Virus record (IMG/VR): IMGVR_UViG_3300021957_000014
Location: 22,213 to 86,212 of that record
Length of the DNA: 64,000 nucleotides
Strand: one strand, 5' to 3'
Source of the DNA: a virus
Taxonomy: Duplodnaviria > Caudoviricetes
In this document: positions 63,662-64,000 of the stretch, one piece after another
Position numbering within the stretch: the stretch's first letter is position 1
Layout of the letters: every line of letters starts with the position of its first letter
The notes under the pieces: generated by a model
The model's database searches: none
What the model was told of the DNA's origin: nothing
The model's input: only the letters and a program-made list of their open reading frames with translations
Made by a program: the position numbers and the translations under genes

Positions 63662-64000
63662 TAGTCAAGCTTTCCGCTCTCAATAGCATCAACATATTCG
63701 TCTAAAGCTCTTCTAGCGTCTACAATACCATCATTGCATTTTCTCAGATAGAGAGATTTACCATTTTGTAATTTGTTCATACTTTTGTATGCACTCTCTA
63801 GCATTTTATCAAGTTTCTTAACATCTCTTAATTCGGGGTTAGGTCTAAATGCTTCTTGTAATTTCTCTTCATTAGATTCAGTTTCCTCTTTCTGATAAGG
63901 ATATCCCTTTAATGGATTAGGATACTTAGTAGAGAAGTGTTTCTTTTGTACTGCTTCGTTAACTTCTTTAATTTGTGATAGATATTTTTCTACCTGTTGG
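63661..64000 (-). CDS. C-terminal part of a Glu/Lys-rich probable head protein (runs off the right end)
   Basis: Open frame ...SQIKEVNEAVQKK...KLQEAFRPNPEL...ESGKLD* ending at 63661. Confidence 0.6.
   Translation of the reverse strand, partial: QQVEKYLSQIKEVNEAVQKKHFSTKYPNPLKGYPYQKEETESNEEKLQEAFRPNPELRDVKKLDKMLESAYKSMNKLQNGKSLYLRKCNDGIVDARRALDEYVDAIESGKLD

Noticed and set aside
1-64000. Stop-codon reassignment
   Set aside because: Core genes are full-length under the standard bacterial code, all three stops end genes, and no suppressor tRNA is seen.

Overview
A 64-kb, AT-rich and gene-dense segment of a large T4-like myophage, probably aquatic or marine. A gammaproteobacterial host is inferred from the bS21, RimK, NrdA/B and outer-membrane beta-barrel genes. 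Layout: (1) 1-16.7 kb is a baseplate and tail module (gp7 partial, gp6, gp25, gp5, hub, gp53, gp48, gp4, gp2, gp54-like, gp26, gp51, tape-measure-like), with a HAD-kdsB insert. (2) 16.7-21 kb carries bS21, a structured non-coding element, gp32, gp59, gp33 and an exonuclease. (3) 21-49 kb is a variable accessory region of small promoter-headed cassettes and host-interaction or modification enzymes: radical SAM/SPASM, SDR, RNase H, RimK-protease fusion, IscA, split carbamoyltransferase, seven 2OG-Fe(II) oxygenases, porin, spanins and a QueC-like protein. (4) 49-55 kb carries MazG, nrdB, an eighth 2OG oxygenase, nrdA and primase. (5) 55-64 kb holds probable virion and internal head proteins. There are three tRNAs (Ala-TGC, Arg-TCT, Thr-TGT). 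Most notable observations: a RimK-protease fusion with a T4-type capsid-targeting N-terminus; at least 12 promoters placed 5-6 nt from an ATG (leaderless mRNAs), which with bS21 suggests a translation-takeover system; a -1 slippery site linking gp26 to gp51; a 41/44-bp in-frame duplication between gp5 and the split carbamoyltransferase; and two related structured RNA candidates. All product calls come from motif recognition by eye, with no database searches.
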